DNA of 64,000 nt. It comes from a virus. The position numbers were made by a program, and so were the translations under genes. The stretch covers positions 9,472-73,471 of the IMG/VR virus record IMGVR_UViG_3300047160_003234; one strand, written 5' to 3'. Position 1 is the stretch's first letter. Each line of letters begins with the position of its first letter. Below the pieces are notes generated by a model that had not been told where the DNA came from, ran no database searches, and saw only the letters and a list, made by a program, of their open reading frames with translations. This document shows, in pieces, positions 47,608 to 57,200 of the stretch.

Positions 47608-48522
47608 CTATTGCGTGGGAAACGAGCCCCACGCGGCTCTGAAGTCGAAATAGCCGAAGCTATAACGTTCATACCCCTTAACCAGTAAGTTATCTGTAGT
47701 AAAATCAACCTGCATGTCAAGTTCAAATGCGACTCTCTGTAAGTATAGAAGACCTTCTTGGTCCGTCAATACGAACCACGCTGTTGGCGATGTTAGGTAA
47801 TCATGCACCAAATGACCATCAGGAATGCCTCCAGAAGTCTCAGGGATGGCATTAATATCATTGTCGCTGGTGCCGGGACGTAGCACTGTTCTTAAGAGCC
47901 GGATGGCGATGGGTTCGAGCGCGATCGGGACGATGACCTTGCGGGCCCTCGCCTGCATGCGGAGCCCGGCGTTGTCCCTGAACGCGCCGCGGATCGAGGC
48001 CTGCGCGTTGAGGAGCGAGGCCTCGTTCAGATCCATGTCGACGGGGAAGCGATTCGGCACCACTCCCGTATCGATGGGGTGGTTCAACGAAAAGAGCGGC
48101 TGCTGGTCGCCTAAAATCGTCGGATCATAGGTGGTGCCAGTGTTGAGGACATACGCGCCGTAGATCTCCTTGGTCTGATTGAACGATTTCTGGAGTCCCA
48201 AGTTCGATGGTTGCCACTGCCTCTTGTAGAGATTGTCGTCAATCATCTTTCTGGTGAACGCATATCCGAGCCCTATCTCCTTGTGATACTGGTTATAGAC
48301 ATACCGTTCACCGGCCTGATTATCGAAGGTTGTCGGGCCGCCTTCGTTCTTAAGCGCCGCCAGCGCAAGGAAGCGCATCGAGGCGGTTCTCTCCACCGAC
48401 ATGTAGCTCTTGTCGACGTGGAAGATCTTCGGGTAGATCCGGTCGATGTCCTTGTATTGACCGGCGACCTTTCTTAAGCCAGGAAATAAAAGGTCATAAG
48501 CCTGGGCGACGCTGACTGCGAT
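47608..48522 (-). CDS. Major capsid protein; probable ATC start
   Basis: LGYAFTRKMIDDNLY, GDQQPLFSLNHP, DYLTSPTAWF, ERYSFGYFDFR; frame open 40 codons upstream of first ATG. Confidence 0.9.
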   Translation of the reverse strand: MAVSVAQAYDLLFPGLRKVAGQYKDIDRIYPKIFHVDKSYMSVERTASMRFLALAALKNEGGPTTFDNQAGERYVYNQYHKEIGLGYAFTRKMIDDNLYKRQWQPSNLGLQKSFNQTKEIYGAYVLNTGTTYDPTILGDQQPLFSLNHPIDTGVVPNRFPVDMDLNEASLLNAQASIRGAFRDNAGLRMQARARKVIVPIALEPIAIRLLRTVLRPGTSDNDINAIPETSGGIPDGHLVHDYLTSPTAWFVLTDQEGLLYLQRVAFELDMQVDFTTDNLLVKGYERYSFGYFDFRAAWGSFPTQ

Positions 48523-48527
48523 CGGAG

Positions 48528-49280
48528 TTACTCCCGAGTAATGACGCTGTATTTCTTGCGTTTGTGTCGCAAGAGATACTCAGCGCCAAGGCGAAGAACG
48601 TTCGGGTCTTCTTCAGCCAAGCCGATCAACCAATTGCAATGCGCGCACAATAGTTCGCGCACACCGCCTGTTACATGGTCATGATCGACTTGGAGCGGTT
48701 TCACGCGGCCTGTTCTGCCGCGTTGCTTCTCAGGCTTTCCGCATATGGCGCAGAGGCCATTTTGCGCTTTGAACATCCGGTCGTAATCGGCGCTATTGCG
48801 CCCATAGCGGCGCACAAGGCCATAGCCGTGCCGCGTCTTCGCGCTGATTTTGCCGTCACCGTCGTAACGGTCTTCATCGCGCAGGCGAAGGTTGGCGAAA
48901 CGCAGGTTTAGGGCGTCCCCGTCGATTGGATAGACGTTCCCTGTCGGCCACTTTCCGGCTTGAAACGCCCAGGCAAGCGCCATTGCCCTCGCGCGGCCCC
49001 CGGGGACGCTGATGCGACTATTCCCACGATTTTTAATGACGACTTCCGCGCCATCCCGCAGGAAGCGGCCGGTTTCCGGTTCATATTGGAGGTAGCGCTG
49101 GAAGAGCGCGAGGTCGTGCTTTTGGCGCTCTCGCGGCGCCTGCTCCGCCAGGAACATCTTGTCAGGCGTGACATTCGCCAGCACGCGATTATACATAGCG
49201 CGCGGCGTAATCTTCAGCTCACGCGCCCAATCGACGACGCTCATGGTCTTCCCGTCGTGGGTCAAAAGTCTCGGCTTCAT
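48528..49280 (-). CDS. Endonuclease VII-family homing endonuclease
   Basis: QNGLCAICG...LQVDHDHVTGGVRELLCAHCNWLIG. Confidence 0.9.
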   Translation of the reverse strand: MKPRLLTHDGKTMSVVDWARELKITPRAMYNRVLANVTPDKMFLAEQAPRERQKHDLALFQRYLQYEPETGRFLRDGAEVVIKNRGNSRISVPGGRARAMALAWAFQAGKWPTGNVYPIDGDALNLRFANLRLRDEDRYDGDGKISAKTRHGYGLVRRYGRNSADYDRMFKAQNGLCAICGKPEKQRGRTGRVKPLQVDHDHVTGGVRELLCAHCNWLIGLAEEDPNVLRLGAEYLLRHKRKKYSVITRE

Positions 49281-49348
49281 CGCATCCTCCTTGATGGACG
49301 TTTCCGAGACGATATGGGGCACGAACGCGGAAATTGCCAGTATCCTCC

Positions 49349-49978
49349 TCAGATGCCAGTCACCCCAGCCTTGAAGTCCTGCTGGTTGAACGTGACATAG
49401 ACCCAGTTATACGCGGTCGTTGGGTCTGCTCCATTTGATCCCGGCGGGTCGCGCACGAGATCGACTACACGGAACGGGTAAGTCGCGGTCGTGCCTACGA
49501 CAGTCGTGTCGAGGGTGACGTTCGACCGGCCCGAAGCGTTGGGGTTGGGGCTAAGGCTGTTGTTGAAGCACCAGCCGATGTTGTTGCCGACCATCGCCAT
49601 GGTGACCTGACCGCCAGCGCCGCTCGTCCCGGCCTGCACTCTGAAGACGGTCAAGGGATCGTCGATGACCTCGGCTTCGATGTCGAAGCCCGTGCCCGAG
49701 ACGACGGCGTCGGTGGTGCCGGGCCAGAAATTCGACCAGACCCTCTTGCGCTGCGAGATCGACATGTAGTTGCAGCCAAGGAAGATGCCGGAGATCTGGG
49801 AGTTGTAGGTGCCCGGCACGCCGATATAGCCGGTGGCGAGCTGAATGAAGGGGTCGCCGAAATAGATGGCCGCGGGAGGCGAAGACGCCGAAATCCAGCG
49901 TCGGCTCATCTGGTAAGTGGGAGCGGCCCCGAGCCTGTTCGAGTCGGAGAATCCGAATGGGGCGAGAGTGTTGGCCAT
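49349..49978 (-). CDS. Minor capsid / decoration protein
   Basis: MANTLAPFGF, AIYFGD, VIDDPLTVFRVQ; precedes capsid gene. Confidence 0.8.
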   Translation of the reverse strand: MANTLAPFGFSDSNRLGAAPTYQMSRRWISASSPPAAIYFGDPFIQLATGYIGVPGTYNSQISGIFLGCNYMSISQRKRVWSNFWPGTTDAVVSGTGFDIEAEVIDDPLTVFRVQAGTSGAGGQVTMAMVGNNIGWCFNNSLSPNPNASGRSNVTLDTTVVGTTATYPFRVVDLVRDPPGSNGADPTTAYNWVYVTFNQQDFKAGVTGI

Positions 49979-50094
49979 GGCGCGATGATCCCTTCCGCGA
50001 GGCGGAAATTTCAGGGTTTCATCGTCGCCGAGCGCCGGAGACGAAAGGTCGTCTTTCTAAGCAAAGGGAGCGAGCGCCGCTCCCTCGCCTGCGG

Positions 50095-50670
50095 CTAGTC
50101 TGGCACTCTGATCGGCCCGACCGAATGCCCGAATCGAGGAACCGTCTTCAGATGCTGGTCGCGCGGCGCCGTCCCGGGTGGCGCTTCACTGATCGCAGCT
50201 TCTTTGGCGCGGACCTGTCCAACCGCTTTGCGAAACTCCAACATTCTCCGCCTCTCTGTCAACTCCTTCGGGCGCTCGTAGAGCATCATGCCGTCTTGGA
50301 TGATCGATGCGCTACTGTATCCCGGGTAGAGTTTTTCCCGGTGGCGGTTGGCAGGGACAGGGCTCCAGCCATTTCTTTGAAGCGCGTTTGCGTAGTCAGG
50401 GAATTCCTTATTGAAGACGGTATGATTTTTCCATTCATACGTCCATCCCGGCGGGGCCTCGACATACCATTTATCGAGGTATAGATCGCTATCCTCGTTT
50501 TCGAAATCGCCTAAACTTTGCCGTAGCTCGGCAATACGCTCGCGGGCGCGCTGAAGATGATCGACGAAGCCTTCCGGTTTTTCTTGTTCGCTTCGCCAAT
50601 CCGGCCGCGCTGAGACCCGGCCGCCGTTGCCTGCGCCCATAATCGGGCTGGTTTCTTCGTCGTCAGTCAT
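50095..50670 (-). CDS. Conserved head-assembly region protein
   Basis: PPGWTYEWK, GWSPVPANRH, DGMMLYERP. Confidence 0.75.
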   Translation of the reverse strand: MTDDEETSPIMGAGNGGRVSARPDWRSEQEKPEGFVDHLQRARERIAELRQSLGDFENEDSDLYLDKWYVEAPPGWTYEWKNHTVFNKEFPDYANALQRNGWSPVPANRHREKLYPGYSSASIIQDGMMLYERPKELTERRRMLEFRKAVGQVRAKEAAISEAPPGTAPRDQHLKTVPRFGHSVGPIRVPD

Positions 50671-51701
50671 GCCCGGGTTCCCAACATTTTGCCGCTCGCC
50701 TGCGCGTCGAGGAGCGCTTCGGCGTACTCCTCGTCGGTCATGCCCAAGACCTCGCGGGCGTGCTCCCGCTGGCGCGAGGTGAGCTGGACGGCCTGCCGCC
50801 GGGTGCGCCCGTCGGAGAGGCGGGGCGAATCATTGCGGGCCGGGGCGGCCATGCGCTGGCCCATCGGCCGCGGCTCGCGGCGCGGCGCCTCTCTCACCGG
50901 AGGCTCGCCCATTTCCAGAAGCTCCTCGATCTTGTCGAAATAGGCCTGCGTCTCGGGGATGAGCTTGAATTTGTTGACGGCGAGCTTGTGGGCCGAATCG
51001 ACGTCGTCGATCCCCTGCCGATCGCGCACCGCCTCGGGATGCGCCCTGATCCACGCCGCTGACTTCGGATAGCCGGTGCGGTCGAGATGGCCGGAGAGGT
51101 TACGGACGTTGTCTTCCGACGTCGGCTGAAAGGTCTGTTGCCGCTGCGGCTGGGGCTGCTGGCGCTGGGGCGGGGCTTCCTCCAGCATCGCCTTCTGCTC
51201 ATGGAGCCGCAGGAGATTGGCGCGCGTGTCGGAAAGCGCGATCTGGGCCCGCGTCGCGCCAGCATGATCGCCGCGATCGAGCGCGGCCTGAAACGCCATC
51301 GCCGCCTGTTCGGACATCCGCGTCGCTTCGCCGATCGCCGCGTCTACGGTCGCAGTGTTGGCCGCCGCCATGCCGCGCTCGGCGTTGACCCGGGCGTTGA
51401 ACTCAGCCTGCGCGACTTGCGTCGCCCGCGCCGTCATCTGCTGCTGGTTGAAAAGCTGGCGCTTGAGTTCCGTCACCCCTTCGTCGTCACGCTGCGGCTC
51501 GGGCTCGGGCGAAGCCCGCATCGGCGTGTCGAGTTCTTCTTTCTCAGGCTTCCGATCGCCTTTTCGGATCGGTTCGCCGCCGATCACCACCGTCTTGGCT
51601 GGCAGGCGCTCCTCGACCGCCTGATCGTCATCCGCCAGACCCGCGAACGGGCTTAATTGTTCATCGTCGCGGACGTCGGGATCGCTCGAAACTCTGGCCA
51701 T
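50667..51701 (-). CDS. Capsid scaffolding protein
   Basis: Acidic coiled coil; C-terminal VQLTSRQREHAREVLGMTDEEYA. Confidence 0.75.
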   Translation of the reverse strand: MARVSSDPDVRDDEQLSPFAGLADDDQAVEERLPAKTVVIGGEPIRKGDRKPEKEELDTPMRASPEPEPQRDDEGVTELKRQLFNQQQMTARATQVAQAEFNARVNAERGMAAANTATVDAAIGEATRMSEQAAMAFQAALDRGDHAGATRAQIALSDTRANLLRLHEQKAMLEEAPPQRQQPQPQRQQTFQPTSEDNVRNLSGHLDRTGYPKSAAWIRAHPEAVRDRQGIDDVDSAHKLAVNKFKLIPETQAYFDKIEELLEMGEPPVREAPRREPRPMGQRMAAPARNDSPRLSDGRTRRQAVQLTSRQREHAREVLGMTDEEYAEALLDAQASGKMLGTRA

Positions 51702-51703
51702 GG

Positions 51704-52159
51704 TTACCAAACCGCGTCGGGCTGCGCGAGCTTCATCTTGATGAACACGTCAGGCAGAAGGCGGCACTCGCGGGCGCCGACTGTGACTTTCATACTGTCC
51801 GAAGGCCGGAAGGCGACCCAGTCGCCCGGCTCGACGTTCTGGCCGTAGAACCTGACCCCGTCGGCGTCGACGAAGGCGCGCGGGCCCTTCTTTAAGACCA
51901 TGCCGACCTTGCCCTGAAACCTGTCCTCGTCGACCGCCTCCTGCGGGATCTCGAGGCCGCCCATGGTCTTGGTCGCGGGCTGAATGTAGATCGCCACGAG
52001 GATCTGCTGGTTCATCGGCTCGACATCGTCGAGGTCTTTGCCGACGGCGTTCCAGATCGCCGCTTTCGGGTCTTCAAGGTGGATCGTACGATAACGGATG
52101 ACTTCGCCTGCGGGGCGCTCGTTGTAGATCGCCAGTCCCTGCTCGTTGAAGAGGGCCAT
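51704..52159 (-). CDS. Phage GroES-like co-chaperonin
   Basis: PMNQQILV...KTMGGLEIP...GMVLKKGP...VEPGDWV. Confidence 0.8.
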   Translation of the reverse strand: MALFNEQGLAIYNERPAGEVIRYRTIHLEDPKAAIWNAVGKDLDDVEPMNQQILVAIYIQPATKTMGGLEIPQEAVDEDRFQGKVGMVLKKGPRAFVDADGVRFYGQNVEPGDWVAFRPSDSMKVTVGARECRLLPDVFIKMKLAQPDAVW

Positions 52160-52431
52160 CAGGCCAGCTCCCAGTCGGCGGCAAGCAAGTCAGTCTGTGA
52201 GCAGAGCCACGGGACAACGTCGCCCTGCGCCGTCTTCATGTCGACGTGTGCGTGGTAGTCGACCTCTTGGCCCACGAGTTCGGGACAGGCGCGGCCCATC
52301 GGCTTTTCGCTCATGACGACGAAGCGGGAGCCGGGAACGAGAAAGAGATACATGCCCCTGCCGTTCCAGCCATGGCGCGCAACGCGCCCGCCCTTCTGCA
52401 TCTCCTTCAGCGCCCAGCCGATATCGTTCAC
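52159..52431 (-). CDS. DUF2829 / Tad2-like anti-defence sponge protein
   Basis: ALKEMQKGGRVARHGWNG...VPWLCSQTDLLAADW. Confidence 0.85.
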   Translation of the reverse strand: MNDIGWALKEMQKGGRVARHGWNGRGMYLFLVPGSRFVVMSEKPMGRACPELVGQEVDYHAHVDMKTAQGDVVPWLCSQTDLLAADWELA

Positions 52432-52646
52432 GCCATTCTCCTTCTTAGCGGGTTCTCTTCGTCCTCAAGCCGGATCTCATCGAGAAACTTGAGGGCGTCT
52501 CTGAGGCCCTTGAGGTAGCCGACTCGGCCCTGATATTCGGGATATCCGGTGAGCGTCCCCTCCATGAGGGGCTTCGTGTACTCGGCGATCTGCTCCTCGA
52601 TGCGCTTGGTCAGCTCCCGACCGAGAAAGCTGGAAAAGGCGTCCAT
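52428..52646 (-). CDS. Small conserved phage protein
   Basis: YPEYQGRVGYLKGLRDAL; TGATG overlap. Confidence 0.7.
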   Translation of the reverse strand: MDAFSSFLGRELTKRIEEQIAEYTKPLMEGTLTGYPEYQGRVGYLKGLRDALKFLDEIRLEDEENPLRRRMA

Positions 52647-53245
52647 CAGGCAATGCCTAAAGCTTGCTGCACGGTCCACCCGTGGCGTAGTCGATAACTG
52701 ATCGTCTCTCGGAGCACACCAAACCGGCGACTGGCTTCCGCCATCGTAATTTTCTCACCGCCGACATCGATCTTGGTGATTCGACGTTGGTTGCTGGCCT
52801 GTTCGCTTAAAGTCGCCCAGCGACAGTTGTTTGGTTCATAATTCCCGTCGTTATCCCTGCGATCCAATCCATGCTTCGATGGTTTGAATCCCATATCAGC
52901 AAGGAAGTTTTCATAGGTTGACCAGCGCTCGCAAACTCTAATCCCACGCTCCCCATAATTGGCGAAATCCTTATTTTTCGGGTTCTCACAACGCTGCCGC
53001 ATTGCTTTCCAAATCCGGTATTCTGCTGTTTCTCGGCGTCGGCGAGCATCTCCATGCCTCAACGCGACTGGTTCGGTCCTACGACATCCACATGATTGAC
53101 TGAGACCGCGCGTCAGACTGCCACGATAAATCTGTTTTCGTTCTCCACAGTCGCAGAGACAATCCCACATTGGGGCCGTTTTCACACGACCACTGAATCC
53201 AAGGACGAGAAGACGCCCAAACCGTTGCCCAGTTAAATCTCTCAT
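52646..53245 (-). CDS. HNH endonuclease
   Basis: DLTGQRFGRL, CLCDCG, YGERGIRVCERW, LDRRDNDGNYEPNNCRWAT. Confidence 0.9.
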   Translation of the reverse strand: MRDLTGQRFGRLLVLGFSGRVKTAPMWDCLCDCGERKQIYRGSLTRGLSQSCGCRRTEPVALRHGDARRRRETAEYRIWKAMRQRCENPKNKDFANYGERGIRVCERWSTYENFLADMGFKPSKHGLDRRDNDGNYEPNNCRWATLSEQASNQRRITKIDVGGEKITMAEASRRFGVLRETISYRLRHGWTVQQALGIA

Positions 53246-53961
53246 GCTGGCAATTCTAACTTCCCTTGGTTTTCCCGTCGGGTCTTTTGCTGACGGCCGA
53301 GACCCGAGCCCGAGCCGTAGGTTTCTTTGATCCGGCCGCCGCTGGCGCGCATCGGCATGCCGGGCGGGAGGCCCGGGTGCGGCGCCCCAGCAGGCCCCAT
53401 CGGCGCCCCGGGAGGAGGCGCCATCCCGATCGGGCCCGCGGCGCCGGGAGGAGGCATCGGAGGCCTTGGCGGGCCGACAGGGCCCGGGGCCGCCATGGGC
53501 GGCGGCGGGGGCATCGGAGGAGGCATGGGCGGAGCGGGCGGCTGCTGATGCCGGTCGCCAGCGACGATGACGTTGACCACGGTTTTGCCCTTGGCCCGGC
53601 CGCCTTTCGCGAGATTCGTTCGGCCGCCGCTAGCGCGCACGAGGGGCAGCTCGCCGACGCGGATCGCGCCAGCCTGCCCGACCTGATTGATGTCGCGCGT
53701 CTTGAGCTTCGTGTCAGCCTTGCCGCCATTGGCGCGGGCGATCCGCCCGCCAGCCGCCCGCCCGGGCCGCCCTAGCGAGGGCTTCTTCGAATCGCCGTTG
53801 AAGGACGCAGAATCGCTGGGACTGCCTCTAGTGGCGGCCATGCCATAGTCATCGGCGCGCGCCGCGTCATTGCGGTCGATATTCGCGGGCATATGCGCCG
53901 CCGAACTCTCCAACTTCTGAAGTTTCGAAGTTGTGAATTCTTTATTACTGTTTTTGCCCAT
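53242..53961 (-). CDS. Pro-rich basic protein with five xAxGG motifs
   Basis: RAAGG, RANGG, RASGG, LAKGG, RASGG; GSGSGLGR C-terminus. Confidence 0.75.
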   Translation of the reverse strand: MGKNSNKEFTTSKLQKLESSAAHMPANIDRNDAARADDYGMAATRGSPSDSASFNGDSKKPSLGRPGRAAGGRIARANGGKADTKLKTRDINQVGQAGAIRVGELPLVRASGGRTNLAKGGRAKGKTVVNVIVAGDRHQQPPAPPMPPPMPPPPPMAAPGPVGPPRPPMPPPGAAGPIGMAPPPGAPMGPAGAPHPGLPPGMPMRASGGRIKETYGSGSGLGRQQKTRRENQGKLELPA

Positions 53962-54036
53962 TGGCGGCTCCAACCTGCTTAGAGCCAGCCTTCACAAGCG
54001 ACTTCTTAGCGCCGTTTGCCTTGCGTGAAAAGAGGC

Positions 54037-54255
54037 TTAAGCGACGTCGCGCCGCAGGGGCCGCGGGACGCCCGCTTCGTGCTCGGCGTTCCACTCGTCA
54101 TCGCCCGGCCGGTCGGGGCCATAGGCAAGCTCTAGCCACGCCGCGCGCGTGATCGGCGTTCCCCTTCGGATCATGCCGTCCAAGATCGGCGAGTAGACCG
54201 CAGCCCGCTGCACTTCGGGGCTGTTGGGATCGAGCACTTCGTCGTTATTCTTCAC
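54037..54255 (-). CDS. Small protein coupled to the polyvalent gene
   Basis: CAGGAG RBS + GTG; PITRAAWLELAYG...WNAEHEAGVP. Confidence 0.7.
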   Translation of the reverse strand: MKNNDEVLDPNSPEVQRAAVYSPILDGMIRRGTPITRAAWLELAYGPDRPGDDEWNAEHEAGVPRPLRRDVA

Positions 54256-57200
54256 CTTCGACTCCTGCTGGTTCATCCGCCTCGCGATAATCGCCGGTCT
54301 TCCACCTCGGCGGCCGGATGTTGGTCTTGACGGGATTGCCCTCGTGATCATGCCGAAGGATCGCGTCGAGCGCGTCCTGACGGCTGATATAACCGTTGGA
54401 GTAAGCCCGCCAGACCAGCCGATTCCGGTTCACCACCGAAGGCATTCGTTTCTCCTCCGGCGTGAACAGTCCTCGCACGCCTTCCCATGTAATCGATTGC
54501 AGTTCGCGCGGCAAGATTCCCAGCTCGTTCGCGGCTCTCAGATAGGCCTCCTTGTTGGCGGCGTAGAGCCCGGCCGAGCCGGTCCCGCTGTCGTACGACC
54601 CGGTCATGCCCATGCCGAGCTTGGCGATCTGCGACGTGCCGCCGACCGGCATCAGCATGTTCGCGCCCGTCGCATGGGTGTCGATGGTGGTGTCGCCAGC
54701 CTTGGAGAAGGGCGCGATGATGTTGTTGTAGAAGTTGCGGACCTTGTGGCCTTCCCCCATCGCCTTGGAGACATCGACCATGTTGTCGGCGCGCGCGGCG
54801 CGCACGGAATTGGCGATCTCGTCCATCGAGCCCCACGTCAGGGTCTTCGGCGAGCCATCGGTGGCGCGAAGGAGCTTGCCCGTCGACTTGCCAGTCGGGT
54901 CCATGACGTAGAAGCCCCGCGGCCTCGCTTCCTTGGTCAGGTCGTCGATCGGCATGTTGTGGGGGCCGTGCGCCTGATCGAAGGAGCGGATGAAATAGGC
55001 CGCCTCGTCGGGCTCCATCTCATTGAGCGTTTTGCCGCGCATGCCCTCCGTGATCCGGCGGATACCGTCACCCGACACAAGCTGCACGGGAGCCGGTTTC
55101 CCTTCGCGCTGAGCCTTGGCGACTTTCTTCGCAAAGGCTTCCTCGTTCCCTCTGGCGTAGTTCTCAAGCCAGTCGAACTGGTCTTGGCTCAGCGTCTTGT
55201 CGCCTTCGTTGTGCATGACGTCGAGGATGCGGCGCGCGTTGGCGACGTTCATGTCCCAGTCCCGCTGGGGCGACTGGGCGGCGACGACGCCCGCGACGTT
55301 TTCATGGGTGAGATTGTTCCAGCCCGCATCGCGGAATTCGTTGGCCCAGTCGCGAGTCATATCGTTGGCGCCGACGTACCAGCGCTTGGAGCCCTCGCGC
55401 GTATCCTTGTCGATCGCGTTGTGGAGATCGATGAGGTTGTTCTTCATGTGCTCGATGTAGGCCTCGTGGATCACGTCGGGGATGCGCTCGGCGTCCTCGT
55501 TGGTGAACTGGCGCAGGAGCGGCGGCAGGCCGTCGAGGCTCAAGATGTGCTTGGCGTTGGCGACATAGGTGTCGGGGTTCCACTGGGCGAGGTCATGGCT
55601 GATCTGCCACTCGTTGCCGCTGTGGGCGCGCGAGACCGGCTTTCCGCCTTCGACCGGATCTGTGAGCCATTTGTCGTCGGGAAGCGTGGTCGAGATCCGG
55701 CCTTCGCTGAAGCGCGGGTCCACCATGCGGAGGGTGCCGCCGATGTCCTTGATCGCGGTTCCGGCTTCTTCAGCGCCGCGCGCGCCGGGAAAGACGGGGA
55801 AGACGCCCGCCAGATTGCCGACAGTGCCGGGGAAGTCGCCCGTGCGGGCCGAATGATAAGCGCCCTCCGCCGAGCCTCCCGGGGTCCAGCCGTAGCCATA
55901 CTGAACGAGGTTCCCGAGCCCCTGCGCGTGCTCCGGCTCGGCGCCGAAGGATCGCGCCACATTATAAACATCCTCTCCCAGCCAGCGGCCGGGCTCGACC
56001 TCGCCTTGGGTCAGGCTGGGAGCATGGGCGGCCACATAGCGCTCGCTCATCGGCTGGCCCGGCTCCGGCGTGGCGAAGACATGGCCGGTGAACCCCTGTG
56101 GTTGGGGCTCGTCGTACATGCCAGACTGGGCGTCGCCGCCAAACTGAAATCCGACCCGGCCGCCGGTCCAGCGGAAATCGCGATCGGAATAGACGGTCGG
56201 ATTCTCTCCCGCCTGTCGCGCCGCCTCGATCGCCGCGGGCAGGCTGACGGCGCCGGAGAAGAAGCCGAATCTCTTGAGGGTGTCGATGTTCTTGTCGTCG
56301 AACATGACGTAGTTGCGGCTCTGTGGCTTCTGGAGATCGGCAATGGTCTTCTCCAGCGCCCGTCCCATAGGACCGCCGTGTTGCGCCGCCATGTCCTGTG
56401 CGTGCTCGATCGCCGCCGCCTTATCGCCTCCATGAAGGTTGAGAAGCTGCTGCGCGCCGGAGCCGAGCCGCGAATGCTGGTCGAGATATTTAACCCCGGG
56501 GAGGCCCGCATCGAGAAGAGCTTGCGAAGCCCCGTAAAAGCCTTGTTCATCTTGATTCGGGAGCATTCCGGCGAACCCGACTGGCTCTTGCTCCCGGGCG
56601 AGCCGCATATACGCCATTTGCCCGGTCGGAAGCTGACCGCCTTGCGTCACTATAGAGGGGAGGCCAACGTCCTTTAGCGCCTGCCGCACCACAGGATGCT
56701 GCCGGTGAAGCGGCGCGTCCCAGTCGAGGAAATGCTCGGGGTTTTCGTTCAGCGCCACCTGATAGGAAGCGCCGGGACGTTTCAGCGTGTAGCCACCCCG
56801 TTGCCACTGATCGAGATTCCTTAAGGCGTCGCCGAACACATCGGCTGGGTCTTGGCCCGCAAAATAAGCCTGATCCTTGGCGAGAGCCGCCCTCGCGGCA
56901 TCGAACGATCCTTTTTCACGGAGGTGCATTAACGCCATTCGCTCGGGATCATCTGTTCCGAAGGTGATCCGCTGGCCTTGCGGATCGTGAAGCGTTTGAA
57001 GCTCCGGCTCCGGCCGATAACCGCTCGCCACTCCCGGGCTCTCGGCGAAATAGAGGCCGTGGCCGAAGCTGATGTTGCCTTCCCCTGTCCCGACCTTCGA
57101 TATGTCCCACGGGCCCTCAAAGGCGTGCGGCGAGCCGTGGTAGGCGAGAATCCCCGGCGTCAGCGTGCCGTCGGCGTTCATCCGCGCCATCGCGCCGCCG

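Noticed and set aside
47608-49978. Group I intron splitting the capsid gene around the EndoVII ORF
   Set aside because: The upstream gene ends with its own stop, the capsid N-terminus is complete after a good SD, and I saw no room or motifs for an intron core
54224-56677. 817-aa plus-strand ORF
   Set aside because: Antisense shadow of the polyvalent gene caused by high GC3; no motifs or RBS
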